Shown one piece after another: positions 34,332-44,604 of a stretch of 64,000 nucleotides of DNA. Positions within the stretch are counted from its first letter, which is position 1, and every line of letters starts with the position of its first letter. Under the pieces are notes generated by a model that was given only the letters and a program-made list of their open reading frames with translations, was not told the DNA's origin and searched no databases. This stretch comes from Flavobacteriales bacterium (GTDB lineage Bacteria > Bacteroidota > Bacteroidia > NS11-12g > UBA955), in assembly GCA_947463095.1 (NCBI GenBank), contig CANHRE010000003.1, positions 12,073-76,072 on the forward strand. The letters are read 5' to 3'. The position numbers and the translations under genes were made by a program.

Positions 34332-35603
34332 TCAATATCCGTATTTATCCTTCCATCGCGCTTTTAAATAACGCCGCATTTCTTCCTCCCTGGGGTTGTT
34401 GCCGGGGTCGTAAATTCTGGTTCCGCTCATGGCGTCCGGAAGGAATTCCTGTCCTGAAAAACCCAGCTCGGAATGGTGGTCGTATTGGTAATTCTTACCG
34501 TAATCCAGTTCCTTCATCAGCTTCGTTGGTGCATTGCGCAGGTGCAGGGGCACAGGCAGGTCGCCATATTTATTTACCTGTTCCAGAGCGAATTCAATAG
34601 CCTCATACGCGCGGTTGCTCTTGGCACTGGAAGCCAGGTAGCTCGCAGTTTGACCCAGGATGATCCTCGCTTCTGGCATGCCAATCATTGACACAGCCTG
34701 GAAGCAGGAAGTAGCCAAAAGCAGGGCGTTGGGATTGGCATTGCCTATGTCTTCACTGGCTAAAATAATCATGCGCCGAGCGATGAACTTCACATCTTCA
34801 CCGCCATCCAGCATCCGCGCCATCCAATACAGTGTGCCATTAGGATCGCTTCCGCGCATGCTTTTAATAAATGCAGATACGATGTCGTAGTGCTGTTCCC
34901 CCGATTTGTCGTAATGGGCCAATTTCTTCTGAAGCACTTTTCCGGTGATGGTATTGTCAATAACCAAAGGTCCTTCCGGCGACGACATCACCACCAACTC
35001 CAGTAAATTTAACAGTTTTCGCGCATCTCCCCCAGAATGGTAAATAAGCGCGTCTGTTTCGTGTACGGTGATGTCTTGTTGTTTCAGCACCTCATCATTC
35101 CGGATGGCCTGATGGAGGATGCTGTTCAGCTCATCCTTGCTGAACCCCTGTAGTATATAAACCTGGCAGCGCGACAGCAGCGCCTGATTGACTTCAAAGC
35201 TGGGGTTTTCTGTTGTGGCACCAATCAAAAGGATCTGACCTTTTTCAACAGCCCCCAGCAGCGCATCCTGTTGCGATTTGTTGAAGCGGTGTATTTCGTC
35301 AATAAACAGCACCACGCGCCCCAATAGGCGTGTTTCTTCAAAAACCCTGCGGAGGTCAGCAACGCCGCTGCTGATGGCACTCAGCTTCCGTACTTCCAGT
35401 CCCATGGCCGCTGCAATGATTTCGGCCAGCGTGGTTTTGCCCGTTCCTGGCGGGCCCCAAAGAATCATGCTGGGCACGCTGCCCTGCTCAATCATCAGCC
35501 TGAGCCTTCCTTCTTTACCTATCAGTTCTGTTTGGCCTATATACGCTGACAGATTTTTAGGGCGCATGCGCTCTGCCAGAGGCGCCGGTGAATGGGAGTC
35601 CAT
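34332..35603 (-). CDS. rarA: Replication-associated recombination protein A (AAA+ ATPase RarA/MgsA)
   Basis: PLAERMRPKNLSAYIGQ, Walker A GPPGTGKTT, Walker B LFIDEIHRFNK, and the C-terminal MgsA domain. Start moved to ATG 35603 because the track's TTG at 35627 lies inside a TATATTTG box. Confidence 0.9.
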   Translation of the reverse strand: MDSHSPAPLAERMRPKNLSAYIGQTELIGKEGRLRLMIEQGSVPSMILWGPPGTGKTTLAEIIAAAMGLEVRKLSAISSGVADLRRVFEETRLLGRVVLFIDEIHRFNKSQQDALLGAVEKGQILLIGATTENPSFEVNQALLSRCQVYILQGFSKDELNSILHQAIRNDEVLKQQDITVHETDALIYHSGGDARKLLNLLELVVMSSPEGPLVIDNTITGKVLQKKLAHYDKSGEQHYDIVSAFIKSMRGSDPNGTLYWMARMLDGGEDVKFIARRMIILASEDIGNANPNALLLATSCFQAVSMIGMPEARIILGQTASYLASSAKSNRAYEAIEFALEQVNKYGDLPVPLHLRNAPTKLMKELDYGKNYQYDHHSELGFSGQEFLPDAMSGTRIYDPGNNPREEEMRRYLKARWKDKYGY

Positions 35604-35624
35604 ATGTTTCTCAGATTGCCTGTT

Positions 35625-35632
35625 CAAATATA
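35625..35632 (-). promoter_or_regulatory. Bacteroidota -7 box TATATTTG upstream of rarA
   Basis: The reverse complement of CAAATATA matches TAnnTTTG, 21 nt upstream of ATG 35603. Confidence 0.4.
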
Positions 35633-35786
35633 CTTCGCCTGTAACACCTGCCCGGCAACAGGTTTTCTCATCCGCCGTAAGGCCTTAATAACCATCTGTG
35701 CATCGGCAGTATGCTTTTATGTATCGCCGGATTCCCCAACTGTGAAGGCACGATAGGTTTGTGAGACAATTCAATCCATTTATGTT

Positions 35787-38297
35787 ATGAAGAAACTATT
35801 CACTACTCTGGCATTAAGCGCCTTGGGCGCTGCCGCAACATTGCTGCACGCTCAACCCTGCGGCGATGGCACCAACAACCTTAAAACCTGGGATGGAGGC
35901 GGGGTTGATAACAATTGGAGCACAGCGGCCAACTGGAGCCCCGACGGTGTCCCGGATTGCGACGACGATGTACTGTTCAACAGTACATCAGCCAAAACTT
36001 GCGACATTTACAGTGCAACACAGGTACGCGATTTCAGCGTATTGGGTTCTTGGACGGGACGGATTTATGTACGGGGAACTGCTTCCCTGAAAATGCGCAA
36101 CTTGGTGATGCAGGGCGGTATGTTGATTGCCGAAGATGCTAATGGTCTATTCCAGGCCGTTGACATCCTGATGGGATACAATGCCTACCTGAGCACGAAA
36201 ACGTCGCTCATTACCGGAACCTGGATTATGAACAACAGCGTATTTGCTGCCTTAGCCAAAGGTTATGTGGATGTGCTTAACCTGATACTGAACAATTTTG
36301 CGAAGTTCACAGCCCCTGACGGGTTCCAAAGAACACATGTTCAACGCGCGGGTATAGTTTATATCCGGGGGAACCTAACCAGACAAGCACTTGGATTATT
36401 TTATCACAAAACCGGTTTGGTTCGTTTCTGTGGTTCTGGTAATGGTACCATCAATACCAACAATACCCTGATGACCTTCTGGAACATCGAGATTGATAAA
36501 AAGCGCGATGGGGCAGGTGATACCACAGCTCCTGGCCACCTTTATACCAACGGGCCCACCAACGATCGGATTTTCGCGCTCAACCGCCTGTCGCTGATGG
36601 AAGCTACCCTTACAGGTTGGGCTGTTGACGACTGGGTTGCCGGCGGTGATTCTGTTATTGTAGAATTAAGCATGGCCAATAATGACATTCTGCATTCCTT
36701 CAGTAATGCAGGTCATGCAACCCTGGCGTTCCTAGGTTCCGGTAATGGTCGATTCTTCCACAAAACCTTCCTGAGCGGCAGCTATAACGTTTGGGTTGAA
36801 AAAGGAAATTCTACCGATTGGGTTACCGTAATTGGTGTGCAGGACATAGGCAATGATGGTGAAACCGTTCACATCGCTAAAGGAAGGCTCACTTTTGACG
36901 GTTCCGGAAATGCGCGGCTGCGTGCCAGCGTTGCTACCGGTTTGCACGTGCTTGCCGATGGACAGCTTGTGGCTCCTGATAATGATACCCTGTTTTTCGC
37001 CGGCTGCTGGGATTTTGCAACCTCCAATGCATTCAATCCTCAAAATGGTGTGCTAAGCCTTGACGGTACAGGAAACAGGCTCGCATTTACACAACACAAT
37101 GATACTGTTTTCTTTAATGAGCTAATCATCACCGTTACCAACGGTGGTACCCAGGGAACCCTCAACTGGTCTTCAGTACTGGACGTGTTGTATGTGCGCG
37201 GTAACCTGAGAATCACCAGTGCAGATGCTTATCTGGCAAATGTTCAGGTATTCCTGGAAGGTAATTTGATTTCCGCTGAAACAGCACCCAATACCGCGAT
37301 GAAATTCACCGATAAGCTGGTGTTTTTAGGCAGCGCTAATCAAACTATTACCTTAAGCAGCGCTGCGAAAAATGCCTATAACCAAATGTTTGAATTGAAT
37401 AAAACTGCTGGTTCACTGACTATGCTTTCCGATGTGGAAGTTCGCGCCTTGCGTTTCACCGGTGGTGTGCTGAACACCAATGGTTACCTGCTGAACGTTA
37501 CCCTGCCTACCATGATTTACGGAGGCAATTCCAGTTCTTACATCAATGGTCCTGTTACGGTTGCACACGGTGGACTGACCTGGCCTTCCAACGCAAAAAT
37601 TCCACTGGGAAAGAGCACAACCTACAATCCCCTTTACGTCCGGAATGGAACCACAGGGAATACCTACACTTTTGAGTATTTCAACTCTGGATATTCCGGC
37701 ACCAATACAGTAAATGCGCCACTGGATGCCGTTTCAACAAGCGAATACTGGCAGGTGGACAGGATTGCAGGTGCTACTGCCTATCAGGTTAGTTTGCCTA
37801 CCACCAATGCTCCTGGCGGATGGTCTGCTGCTGATATCCGTGTAGCCGGAAACGACGGCTCCGGCTGGAGCAACTTGGGTCCTGCAGGCGGCGCTTCCGG
37901 AGGATTGGTAACCAGCACCACAGGCACCACGTCATCTACCCGCTATTTCACATTGGGTGTGGACAATGCTGCTCCTATGGTTTTGGTACAGGATGGTGTT
38001 AGTGGAAAAGAAGTACAAACCGAACGCTTCCTGCCCGGTGCCGAATATGGTGCCGCGTTGAATAAGCCTCAAATGAAGGTATTCCCCAACCCAGCACAGA
38101 ACCGGTTTGCCATAGCGCTGCAGGATGCCAATTCCGGTATCGTCAGTGTTACCGACCTGAACGGCAGAATCCTGTTCACCGGAGATGCCCTGAGCACTCA
38201 GTGGGTGGATTGTTCTTCCTGGAGTTCAGGTATTTACCTGGTTCGCTTTACCGATGGCATCAACAGTATAACCCGCCGCGTCAGCAAAACCTACTGA
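35787..38297 (+). CDS. Large secreted hypothetical protein (repetitive, beta-helix/adhesin-like) with a T9SS type A C-terminal sorting domain
   Basis: Signal peptide MKKLFTTLALSALGAAATLLHAQ. C-terminus KVFPNPAQNRFAIAL...VTDLNGRILF...SSGIYLVRF matches the Por-secretion-tail pattern. Confidence 0.75.
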   Translation: MKKLFTTLALSALGAAATLLHAQPCGDGTNNLKTWDGGGVDNNWSTAANWSPDGVPDCDDDVLFNSTSAKTCDIYSATQVRDFSVLGSWTGRIYVRGTASLKMRNLVMQGGMLIAEDANGLFQAVDILMGYNAYLSTKTSLITGTWIMNNSVFAALAKGYVDVLNLILNNFAKFTAPDGFQRTHVQRAGIVYIRGNLTRQALGLFYHKTGLVRFCGSGNGTINTNNTLMTFWNIEIDKKRDGAGDTTAPGHLYTNGPTNDRIFALNRLSLMEATLTGWAVDDWVAGGDSVIVELSMANNDILHSFSNAGHATLAFLGSGNGRFFHKTFLSGSYNVWVEKGNSTDWVTVIGVQDIGNDGETVHIAKGRLTFDGSGNARLRASVATGLHVLADGQLVAPDNDTLFFAGCWDFATSNAFNPQNGVLSLDGTGNRLAFTQHNDTVFFNELIITVTNGGTQGTLNWSSVLDVLYVRGNLRITSADAYLANVQVFLEGNLISAETAPNTAMKFTDKLVFLGSANQTITLSSAAKNAYNQMFELNKTAGSLTMLSDVEVRALRFTGGVLNTNGYLLNVTLPTMIYGGNSSSYINGPVTVAHGGLTWPSNAKIPLGKSTTYNPLYVRNGTTGNTYTFEYFNSGYSGTNTVNAPLDAVSTSEYWQVDRIAGATAYQVSLPTTNAPGGWSAADIRVAGNDGSGWSNLGPAGGASGGLVTSTTGTTSSTRYFTLGVDNAAPMVLVQDGVSGKEVQTERFLPGAEYGAALNKPQMKVFPNPAQNRFAIALQDANSGIVSVTDLNGRILFTGDALSTQWVDCSSWSSGIYLVRFTDGINSITRRVSKTY

Positions 38298-38331
38298 TAG
38301 AGATTGTTGTATGTTGTTTTATGTTGCAGAT

Positions 38332-38353
38332 AAGCCCCGCTTCGGCGGGGCTT
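38332..38353 (+). terminator. Stem-loop AAGCCCCGC-TTCG-GCGGGGCTT after the T9SS cargo gene
   Basis: 9-bp perfect stem with a TTCG loop, 35 nt after the stop. The downstream T-tract is weak. Confidence 0.55.
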
Positions 38354-38402
38354 ACGCATTTATGGGCCCTAGTTTGTGTTGTGCAAGGTTCTTGAAGCGG
38401 AT

Positions 38403-38410
38403 TATATTTG
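38403..38410 (+). promoter_or_regulatory. Bacteroidota -7 box TATATTTG upstream of fabG
   Basis: Exact TAnnTTTG match, 7 nt upstream of ATG 38418. Confidence 0.45.
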
Positions 38411-38417
38411 CCGGGTC

Positions 38418-39167
38418 ATGTTGCTACAAGGGAAAACAGCGCTGATTACCGGAGCCACGCGCGGTATCGGCAAAGGCATCGCCCAACGCTTCGCAGCCGA
38501 AGGGTGCAATATCGCCTTCACCTACGCATCTTCTGATGCCGCTGCAGAAGCCCTTTGCCAGGAATGGAGTTCCGCCTATGGGGTGGTTGTTAAAGCCTGG
38601 AAATCTGATGCCGCCAACTTCAAAGCCTCCGAAACGCTGGCCGCTGATGTGATTGCGGCCTTCGGGAAAGTGGACATTCTGGTGAACAACGCAGGGATTA
38701 CCCGCGACAACTTGTTGATGCGCATGACCGAAGAGCAATGGGATGAGGTAATCAACATCAACCTGAAATCAGCCTTTAACCTAACCAAGGCATTCCTCCG
38801 CCATTTTCTGGGAAATCGCGCGGGATCCATCATCAATATGTCTTCGGTAGTGGGTATTGATGGCAATGCAGGCCAGGCCAACTACGCCGCATCTAAGGCG
38901 GGCCTAATAGGGTTCTCAAAAAGTGTGGCTCAGGAACTGGGTTCACGCAATATTCGCTGCAATGTGGTTGCTCCCGGTTTCATTGAAACGGAAATGACCG
39001 AAAAGCTGGATGAACAGGTGAAAAAAACCTGGATTGAGGGTATACCCCTGAAACGAGGCGGAACACCGGAAGATGTAGCCAATGTGTGCATCTTCCTGGC
39101 CAGTGACATGAGCGCATATGTTACAGGCCAGACCATTTCGGTGTGCGGTGGAATGTTGATGAAATAA
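38418..39167 (+). CDS. fabG: 3-oxoacyl-[acyl-carrier-protein] reductase
   Basis: SDR motifs GKTALITGATRGIGKGIA, NNAGITRD and SSVVG...YAASKAG. Start moved to ATG 38418. Confidence 0.85.
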   Translation: MLLQGKTALITGATRGIGKGIAQRFAAEGCNIAFTYASSDAAAEALCQEWSSAYGVVVKAWKSDAANFKASETLAADVIAAFGKVDILVNNAGITRDNLLMRMTEEQWDEVININLKSAFNLTKAFLRHFLGNRAGSIINMSSVVGIDGNAGQANYAASKAGLIGFSKSVAQELGSRNIRCNVVAPGFIETEMTEKLDEQVKKTWIEGIPLKRGGTPEDVANVCIFLASDMSAYVTGQTISVCGGMLMK

Positions 39168-39176
39168 GCGCAAAAC

Positions 39177-40025
39177 ATGCCATTAGATCAGGAAGAAGCG
39201 GAAGAACAAGCGCAGTTTCCTCATGAGCGCAACATGTCATTCTTTGATCATGTTGATGAATTGCGCAAACACATCATGCGCGCCTTCGCAGCTATTTCCG
39301 TAGGGTTCATACTTGCGTTCATCTACATCAAGGAAATTGTGGGTGGGGTCATCTTTGCTCCGTTCAAAGGGAGTTTCATTACTTATAAAATGATGTGCAG
39401 GCTGGGCAAAGACTTGTTTGGAGATGAACGTATGTGCATCACCCCTCCTGTAATTCAGATTCAAAACCTTCAACTTCAGGGACAGTTTGTAGCCGCATTC
39501 AAAATTGCATTTATTGCAGGTCTGGTGCTTGCTTTCCCCTTCATTGTGTGGGAACTGTGGAGGTTTATCCGCCCGGCCCTAAGCGATAAAGAGGTTCGAA
39601 AAACCCGAGGAACTGTCTTTTTTGTGGGGATGCTCTTTTTTATCGGGGTACTGTTTAGCTATTTCGTGCTTGTGCCCATCTCGGTGAATTTCTTCGCCAA
39701 CTTCAGCATCAGTGATGAAGTTCAAAATATAGTAACCATGCAGAATGCGGTGAATTATGTGAGCTTTTTATGCCTGGCTACCGGTTTGGTTTTTGAACTG
39801 CCGGTGCTGATGTATGTTCTTGCCCGGGTTGGTATCGTTACCGCTTCATTTCTTAGGAAGAACAGACGCTATGCCGTGGTCATCATCTTCATTATCGCAG
39901 CGGTGGCTACCCCATCTCCCGACATGCTCAGCCAGCTGATCCTTGCCTTGCCGCTGTATAGCTTGTATGAGGTAGGCATACTCATTGCTGCACGTACCGA
40001 AAAGAAAGAAGAACAAGCATCATGA
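39177..40025 (+). CDS. tatC: Twin-arginine translocase subunit TatC
   Basis: MSFFDHVDELRKHIMR signature and six hydrophobic segments. The true start may be the internal ATG at 39234. Confidence 0.85.
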   Translation: MPLDQEEAEEQAQFPHERNMSFFDHVDELRKHIMRAFAAISVGFILAFIYIKEIVGGVIFAPFKGSFITYKMMCRLGKDLFGDERMCITPPVIQIQNLQLQGQFVAAFKIAFIAGLVLAFPFIVWELWRFIRPALSDKEVRKTRGTVFFVGMLFFIGVLFSYFVLVPISVNFFANFSISDEVQNIVTMQNAVNYVSFLCLATGLVFELPVLMYVLARVGIVTASFLRKNRRYAVVIIFIIAAVATPSPDMLSQLILALPLYSLYEVGILIAARTEKKEEQAS

Positions 40026-40462
40026 CCCCATCATACAGCATTGCCGTAGGCGCTGACCATGCAGGCTTCAAATTAAAAAATGAGCTGCTCGCATTTTTAC
40101 TCGAACTGGGCCACGAACCTCAGGATTTTGGACCGGATTCCGCCGACAGCGTGGATTATCCCGACTATGCCCATGCCGTAGCAGAGAGTATTTGTTCAGG
40201 AGAAAATCAACTTGGAATACTAATATGTGGCAGCGGCAACGGGGTGTGTATGGCTGCCAACAAGCATGCCGATATTCGCGCTGCGCTCTGCTGGAATGAA
40301 GAGGTTGCAGCGCTGGCCCGTCAGCATAATGATGCCAATGTTATTTGTATTCCGGCCCGCTTTGTGACCAAACCCGCAGCCATTAAAATTGTATTGGCCT
40401 GGCTGAACGCATCCTTTGAAGGAGGACGGCATGAACGCAGGGTATCGAAAATCAATTGTTGA
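40022..40462 (+). CDS. rpiB: Ribose-5-phosphate isomerase B
   Basis: IAVGADHAGFKLKNEL...CGSGNGVCMAANK...RHERRV matches the RpiB/LacAB family. ATGA overlap with tatC. Confidence 0.85.
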   Translation: MTPSYSIAVGADHAGFKLKNELLAFLLELGHEPQDFGPDSADSVDYPDYAHAVAESICSGENQLGILICGSGNGVCMAANKHADIRAALCWNEEVAALARQHNDANVICIPARFVTKPAAIKIVLAWLNASFEGGRHERRVSKINC

Positions 40463-40465
40463 GAT

Positions 40466-41968
40466 ATGGGCCTGAAATCCATGTTGGCCAAGCCTCTGGC
40501 ATCCATCGTACGCAGGAAGATTGACCGCTGGAGCAGGGAAGGCATTGCAACTCAAAAGCGCCAATTCTCATTACTGGCAGCCAGGCTGTCGCATACTGCT
40601 TTCGGTAAGGAGCATGGCATCGGTTCAGGCATCAGCGTGGCTGAGTTCAGAAAACGGGTGCCTATCCGCGATTATGAAGCCCTCAGGCCCTGGATGGATC
40701 GTATGGTTTCGGGAACACCCGATGTGCTGTGGCCAGGGAAACCCTTGTATCTGGCAAAAACATCAGGCACCACTTCCGGAGTGAAATATATCCCCATCAC
40801 GAAGGAAAGTATGCCCTTTCATACCAGCAGTGCCCGCGATGCGCTGCTTTGCTACATCGCAGAAACAGGCAGGGCCGGTTGGCTGGACGGCAACCTCATT
40901 TTCCTCAGTGGAAGCCCTGTGCTTGAGGAAAAAAATGGAATCCTCAGCGGTCGCCTGAGTGGCATCGTTAACCACCATGTGCCTTCCTATCTGCGGCGCA
41001 ACCAACTGCCTTCCTGGGAAACCAACTGCCTGGATGATTGGGAGGAAAAGGTTGACAGAATTGCTCGCGAAACTATCGATAAACCCATGTCGCTGATCAG
41101 CGGAATACCTCCTTGGGTGCAGATGTATTTCGACCGCGTGTTGCAGCTAAGTGGCAAGGAGCATCTGCGCGAGGTGTTTCCGAACTTTGAACTGCTGGTT
41201 TATGGCGGCGTGAACTTCGAACCCTACCGGGAAAAGATGTACCAAACCATTGGTGCGCAAATTCCAAGCATAGAAACCTATCCGGCCAGTGAAGGATTTA
41301 TCGCCTTCCAGGACCGACAGTCAGACCCCGGGCTGCTCATGCTGCTGAACAGCGGCATCTACTATGAGTTTGTGCCAGTTTCTGAGTATTTCTCCGCGCA
41401 ACCCGTGCGCCTTGGTATTGAAGAGGTGGAACTGGGTGTTCAATATGCGGTAATCATGAACACCAATGCAGGTTTGTGGGGTTATAGCATCGGGGATACA
41501 GTGAAATTTATTTCGAAAGACCCCTATAAGATTGTTGTTACCGGCCGCATCAAGCACTTCATTTCCGCCTTTGGTGAACATGTTATCGGGGAAGAAGTTG
41601 AACGGGCTATGCAGGAAGTATGTGCCGTCTTCTCCGCCAGAACAGTGGAGTTTACGGTAGCACCCCAGGTGAATCCGGAATCCGGACTGCCTTACCATGA
41701 ATGGCTTGTAGAGTTTGATACGGCGCCCGACAGGCAAGAATCCTTTGCCCTTGCGCTGGATGCAGCCATGCAAAAGCAGAACATCTATTACCGCGACCTC
41801 ATTACAGGATCCATCCTGCGCCCGCTGAAACTGAGCATATTGCCCAAAGGTTCATTTATTGCCTACATGAAGCGCCAGGGTAAGCTGGGCGGACAAAACA
41901 AGGTGCCTCGTTTGTCCAACGACAGGAGCATTGCCGATAACATCCTCGGCCACCTGAATGTACCTTAA
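40466..41968 (+). CDS. GH3 (auxin-responsive promoter) family protein; adenylate-forming, acyl-acid amido synthetase-like fold
   Basis: YLAKTSGTTSGVKYIP adenylation-type motif. About 500 aa, typical of bacterial GH3 homologs. Confidence 0.7.
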   Translation: MGLKSMLAKPLASIVRRKIDRWSREGIATQKRQFSLLAARLSHTAFGKEHGIGSGISVAEFRKRVPIRDYEALRPWMDRMVSGTPDVLWPGKPLYLAKTSGTTSGVKYIPITKESMPFHTSSARDALLCYIAETGRAGWLDGNLIFLSGSPVLEEKNGILSGRLSGIVNHHVPSYLRRNQLPSWETNCLDDWEEKVDRIARETIDKPMSLISGIPPWVQMYFDRVLQLSGKEHLREVFPNFELLVYGGVNFEPYREKMYQTIGAQIPSIETYPASEGFIAFQDRQSDPGLLMLLNSGIYYEFVPVSEYFSAQPVRLGIEEVELGVQYAVIMNTNAGLWGYSIGDTVKFISKDPYKIVVTGRIKHFISAFGEHVIGEEVERAMQEVCAVFSARTVEFTVAPQVNPESGLPYHEWLVEFDTAPDRQESFALALDAAMQKQNIYYRDLITGSILRPLKLSILPKGSFIAYMKRQGKLGGQNKVPRLSNDRSIADNILGHLNVP

Positions 41969-41977
41969 ATTCGCAGT

Positions 41978-42559
41978 ATGTTGGGGCTTAAACTGGCTAC
42001 AGACCCTCGCTGGGTGAATATTGCCGAAAAACAAATAGATGAAATCCTTACCGATCATGCCTACTGTGAACAAAAGGCAGCAAGCACAGGCATTTCACTC
42101 ATTATACGCTTTCCGGAAAAAACCGATGTAGTTGAAGAGGTTACCGCTGTGGTAGCAGAAGAATGGGGCCACTTCCGCAAAGTGCTTAAAGAACTGAAAA
42201 AAAGGGGGTACGCGCTTGGTACACCGCGCAAGGATCATTACGTGAGCGAATTACAGAAATTGAGAAGGAAGGGAGGGAGCCGTAACGAAGTGCTGGTCGA
42301 AGATTTATTGGTTTGTGCCATGATTGAAGCGCGCAGCTGTGAACGCTTTCGCCTGCTTTCGTTGCATGTGGACGACCCGGAGTTGAAGGTGTTCTACCAT
42401 GAATTTATGGTGAGTGAGGCAGGTCATTACCGCATGTTTCTGGACTTGGCCTGTAAATACATGCCGGAAGCGCGTGTACGCGCCCGCTGGCAGGAGTTTC
42501 TGGACGGTGAGGCTGAGATTTTGCGCAATATAGAACTTCGTGGTGACCGCATCCACTGA
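41978..42559 (+). CDS. miaE: tRNA-(ms2io6A37)-hydroxylase MiaE (diiron)
   Basis: DHAYCEQKAA, EEWGHF, MIEARSCERF and SEAGHY: paired E...ExxH diiron motifs. Size of about 193 aa. Confidence 0.75.
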   Translation: MLGLKLATDPRWVNIAEKQIDEILTDHAYCEQKAASTGISLIIRFPEKTDVVEEVTAVVAEEWGHFRKVLKELKKRGYALGTPRKDHYVSELQKLRRKGGSRNEVLVEDLLVCAMIEARSCERFRLLSLHVDDPELKVFYHEFMVSEAGHYRMFLDLACKYMPEARVRARWQEFLDGEAEILRNIELRGDRIH

Positions 42560-42564
42560 TGCTG

Positions 42565-43857
42565 CTAAACCATCGTTCCCAGCCAGATGCTGATGTAGCG
42601 ATGCCAGTTCCAGAAGGGGCCTTCAAGGCAATATGGCCAGTGGAATGATAAAGGAAGCACCAGCAATGCGCAGGTTATAAGAAATACTGTTGTGGCAAGC
42701 CTCCACCTGAAGTGATGCCATACATCAGCAATACCGCGCAGCATCACCCATGCCATCAGCGGATAAAATTCAATGAATCCCCGATGCCCGAAACCGCAGG
42801 CCAGTCCCCAGGCCCACCAGCAGGCATATAACAGGGCGCAGCTTGTAAATACAAGCAATGCTGAAGCACTGATAAAGCGCCATGCACCTGTATTCTTGTA
42901 ACTGTACCAAATCGCCACTGGTATAAAGGGCAGGAAAAACGGACTGCAGGGGAAAAAGCCGTTTTCCGGCGCAAATAGCACCTTCAACAAGTGCGGCGAT
43001 TTCCAGTAAATAAAGCCTTCACTGCCATAGGGAATAAACCCTTTGGCGTGCAGGTAAATGCGGTATGCTACAAATGGACTTATGGCCAGAATAAAGCAGC
43101 TTGCCGCCCACGCAAAAGCCACCGGCTTTTTTATAATTGCCGCGCCATGTTGCCACAACCACCAAAGCAGGTAGGGGCTAAGTAAAATAATGTTCTGAGG
43201 TCGTACGCAGAATATCATACCCGCACACAAACCCGCAAGCGCCAGATGTCGGTTCTGTTCCGACAGGCTGAAGCGTTTTAATTCCCACAGTAATAAGGCC
43301 ACAAGAAAAAAACTGTATCCATGAGACAACCCGGGCTCCTCAACCACATAATACCACAAATTTGTTCCCGCAATCATCCCTGCAACACCAACCCATGCAA
43401 CGCTTCGACGGAAATAGTACAACAGGAACCGCCAGCAAACCCATAAGCCGGCAACAGCATAAAACACACCTGCTGCAATTGCAGCGGCATGATAGGGCAT
43501 GCTGAAACCATCGGCAGGCTGCCCGCTCAGTAGCGCCCAAGTATGAGCCGCAAGGAAGAAGGGCAAGCGCATTACCGCAACGCCGGGAGGATATTTGGTG
43601 TTGATAGCATTACGCCAGCCATCCAGATGAAAGCCTCCACCACTAAGCGCATCTACCTCGTTGGGAAACAACCGTGCATCCCAACCGTAAATGACGCTCG
43701 CAGGTAAAAAAACATGATAGCCCGCCTTGTCAGCCCAAAGCTCATCGTGGTAGTTAAACCGGCCAAAACGCCAGTTGCGGTTGAATGACAACCAAAGCAA
43801 GACCCCGAACAACAAATACCAAATCCACTTTGGCGCATTGCGCAGCGGCTTACCCAT
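42565..43857 (-). CDS. Polytopic integral membrane protein, possibly a GT-C-type glycosyltransferase (function uncertain)
   Basis: 430 aa with many Trp/Phe/Tyr-rich hydrophobic segments. I recognise no diagnostic motif. Confidence 0.5.
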   Translation of the reverse strand: MGKPLRNAPKWIWYLLFGVLLWLSFNRNWRFGRFNYHDELWADKAGYHVFLPASVIYGWDARLFPNEVDALSGGGFHLDGWRNAINTKYPPGVAVMRLPFFLAAHTWALLSGQPADGFSMPYHAAAIAAGVFYAVAGLWVCWRFLLYYFRRSVAWVGVAGMIAGTNLWYYVVEEPGLSHGYSFFLVALLLWELKRFSLSEQNRHLALAGLCAGMIFCVRPQNIILLSPYLLWWLWQHGAAIIKKPVAFAWAASCFILAISPFVAYRIYLHAKGFIPYGSEGFIYWKSPHLLKVLFAPENGFFPCSPFFLPFIPVAIWYSYKNTGAWRFISASALLVFTSCALLYACWWAWGLACGFGHRGFIEFYPLMAWVMLRGIADVWHHFRWRLATTVFLITCALLVLPLSFHWPYCLEGPFWNWHRYISIWLGTMV

Positions 43858-43937
43858 GGCTCAAATTTATCGTAATTGTCGTTTTTTCTACAATATTTCG
43901 TTTGTGCTAAAAATTAAATTCGTAGAATTGAAAATTG

Positions 43938-44597
43938 ATGATTAGTGCAACCGAACAAAATTACTTGAAGGCCATCTATAAGCTCAGCTTCCGCTATGGT
44001 CATCAGGAGCCGGCAAGTACCGGTGATTTGGCGCGCTTGCTTGGATCTACGCCAGCTACCGTTACCGATACGCTGCAGCGCTTGTCGCGTAAGAACTTGG
44101 TTCACTACCAACGATACCAGGGCGCTACACTTTCAGGTCCAGGTTTGGGTATGGCCACCGAGCTGATTCGACTGCACCGCCTTTGGGAAGTGTTTCTGGT
44201 GGACAAGCTGGGCTATGGCTGGCATGAGGTGCACGCCATTGCCGAGCAGCTGGAACATGTGTTCGAAGAAGGGTTGGCGGAGCGACTGGATACTTTTTTA
44301 GGTCATCCAACCCATGATCCTCATGGAGATCCTATTAGGGACGACAGCAGGGACCGCAGTGAGTTAAGCACGCTGGCTGATTTGGAAGAGGGTGCAGGCT
44401 TTACCGTAGGTCGTGTTGCCGACGGTGATGCTGCATGGCTGCAATTCGCCGCCGCTCAAGGCCTGTTGCCGGGTACCTTTGGCCGTATCATGGTTATCAG
44501 GAAAGCTGATGCCCTTCTGGAATTGCTCATCAACCGTAAGCCCGTCTTTATCAGCCAGGCATCGGCGGAAAAAATATTTGTGATACCGAACATATAA
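43938..44597 (+). CDS. DtxR/MntR-family metal-dependent transcriptional repressor with a C-terminal FeoA/SH3-like domain
   Basis: N-terminal TEQNYLKAIYKL and wHTH TGDLARLLGSTPATVTDTLQRLSRKNLV, then metal/dimerisation helices RLHRLWEVFL...HEVHAIAEQLEH. The ATG is one codon after the track's TTG. Confidence 0.8.
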   Translation: MISATEQNYLKAIYKLSFRYGHQEPASTGDLARLLGSTPATVTDTLQRLSRKNLVHYQRYQGATLSGPGLGMATELIRLHRLWEVFLVDKLGYGWHEVHAIAEQLEHVFEEGLAERLDTFLGHPTHDPHGDPIRDDSRDRSELSTLADLEEGAGFTVGRVADGDAAWLQFAAAQGLLPGTFGRIMVIRKADALLELLINRKPVFISQASAEKIFVIPNI

Positions 44598-44604
44598 AAT
44601 AGTC

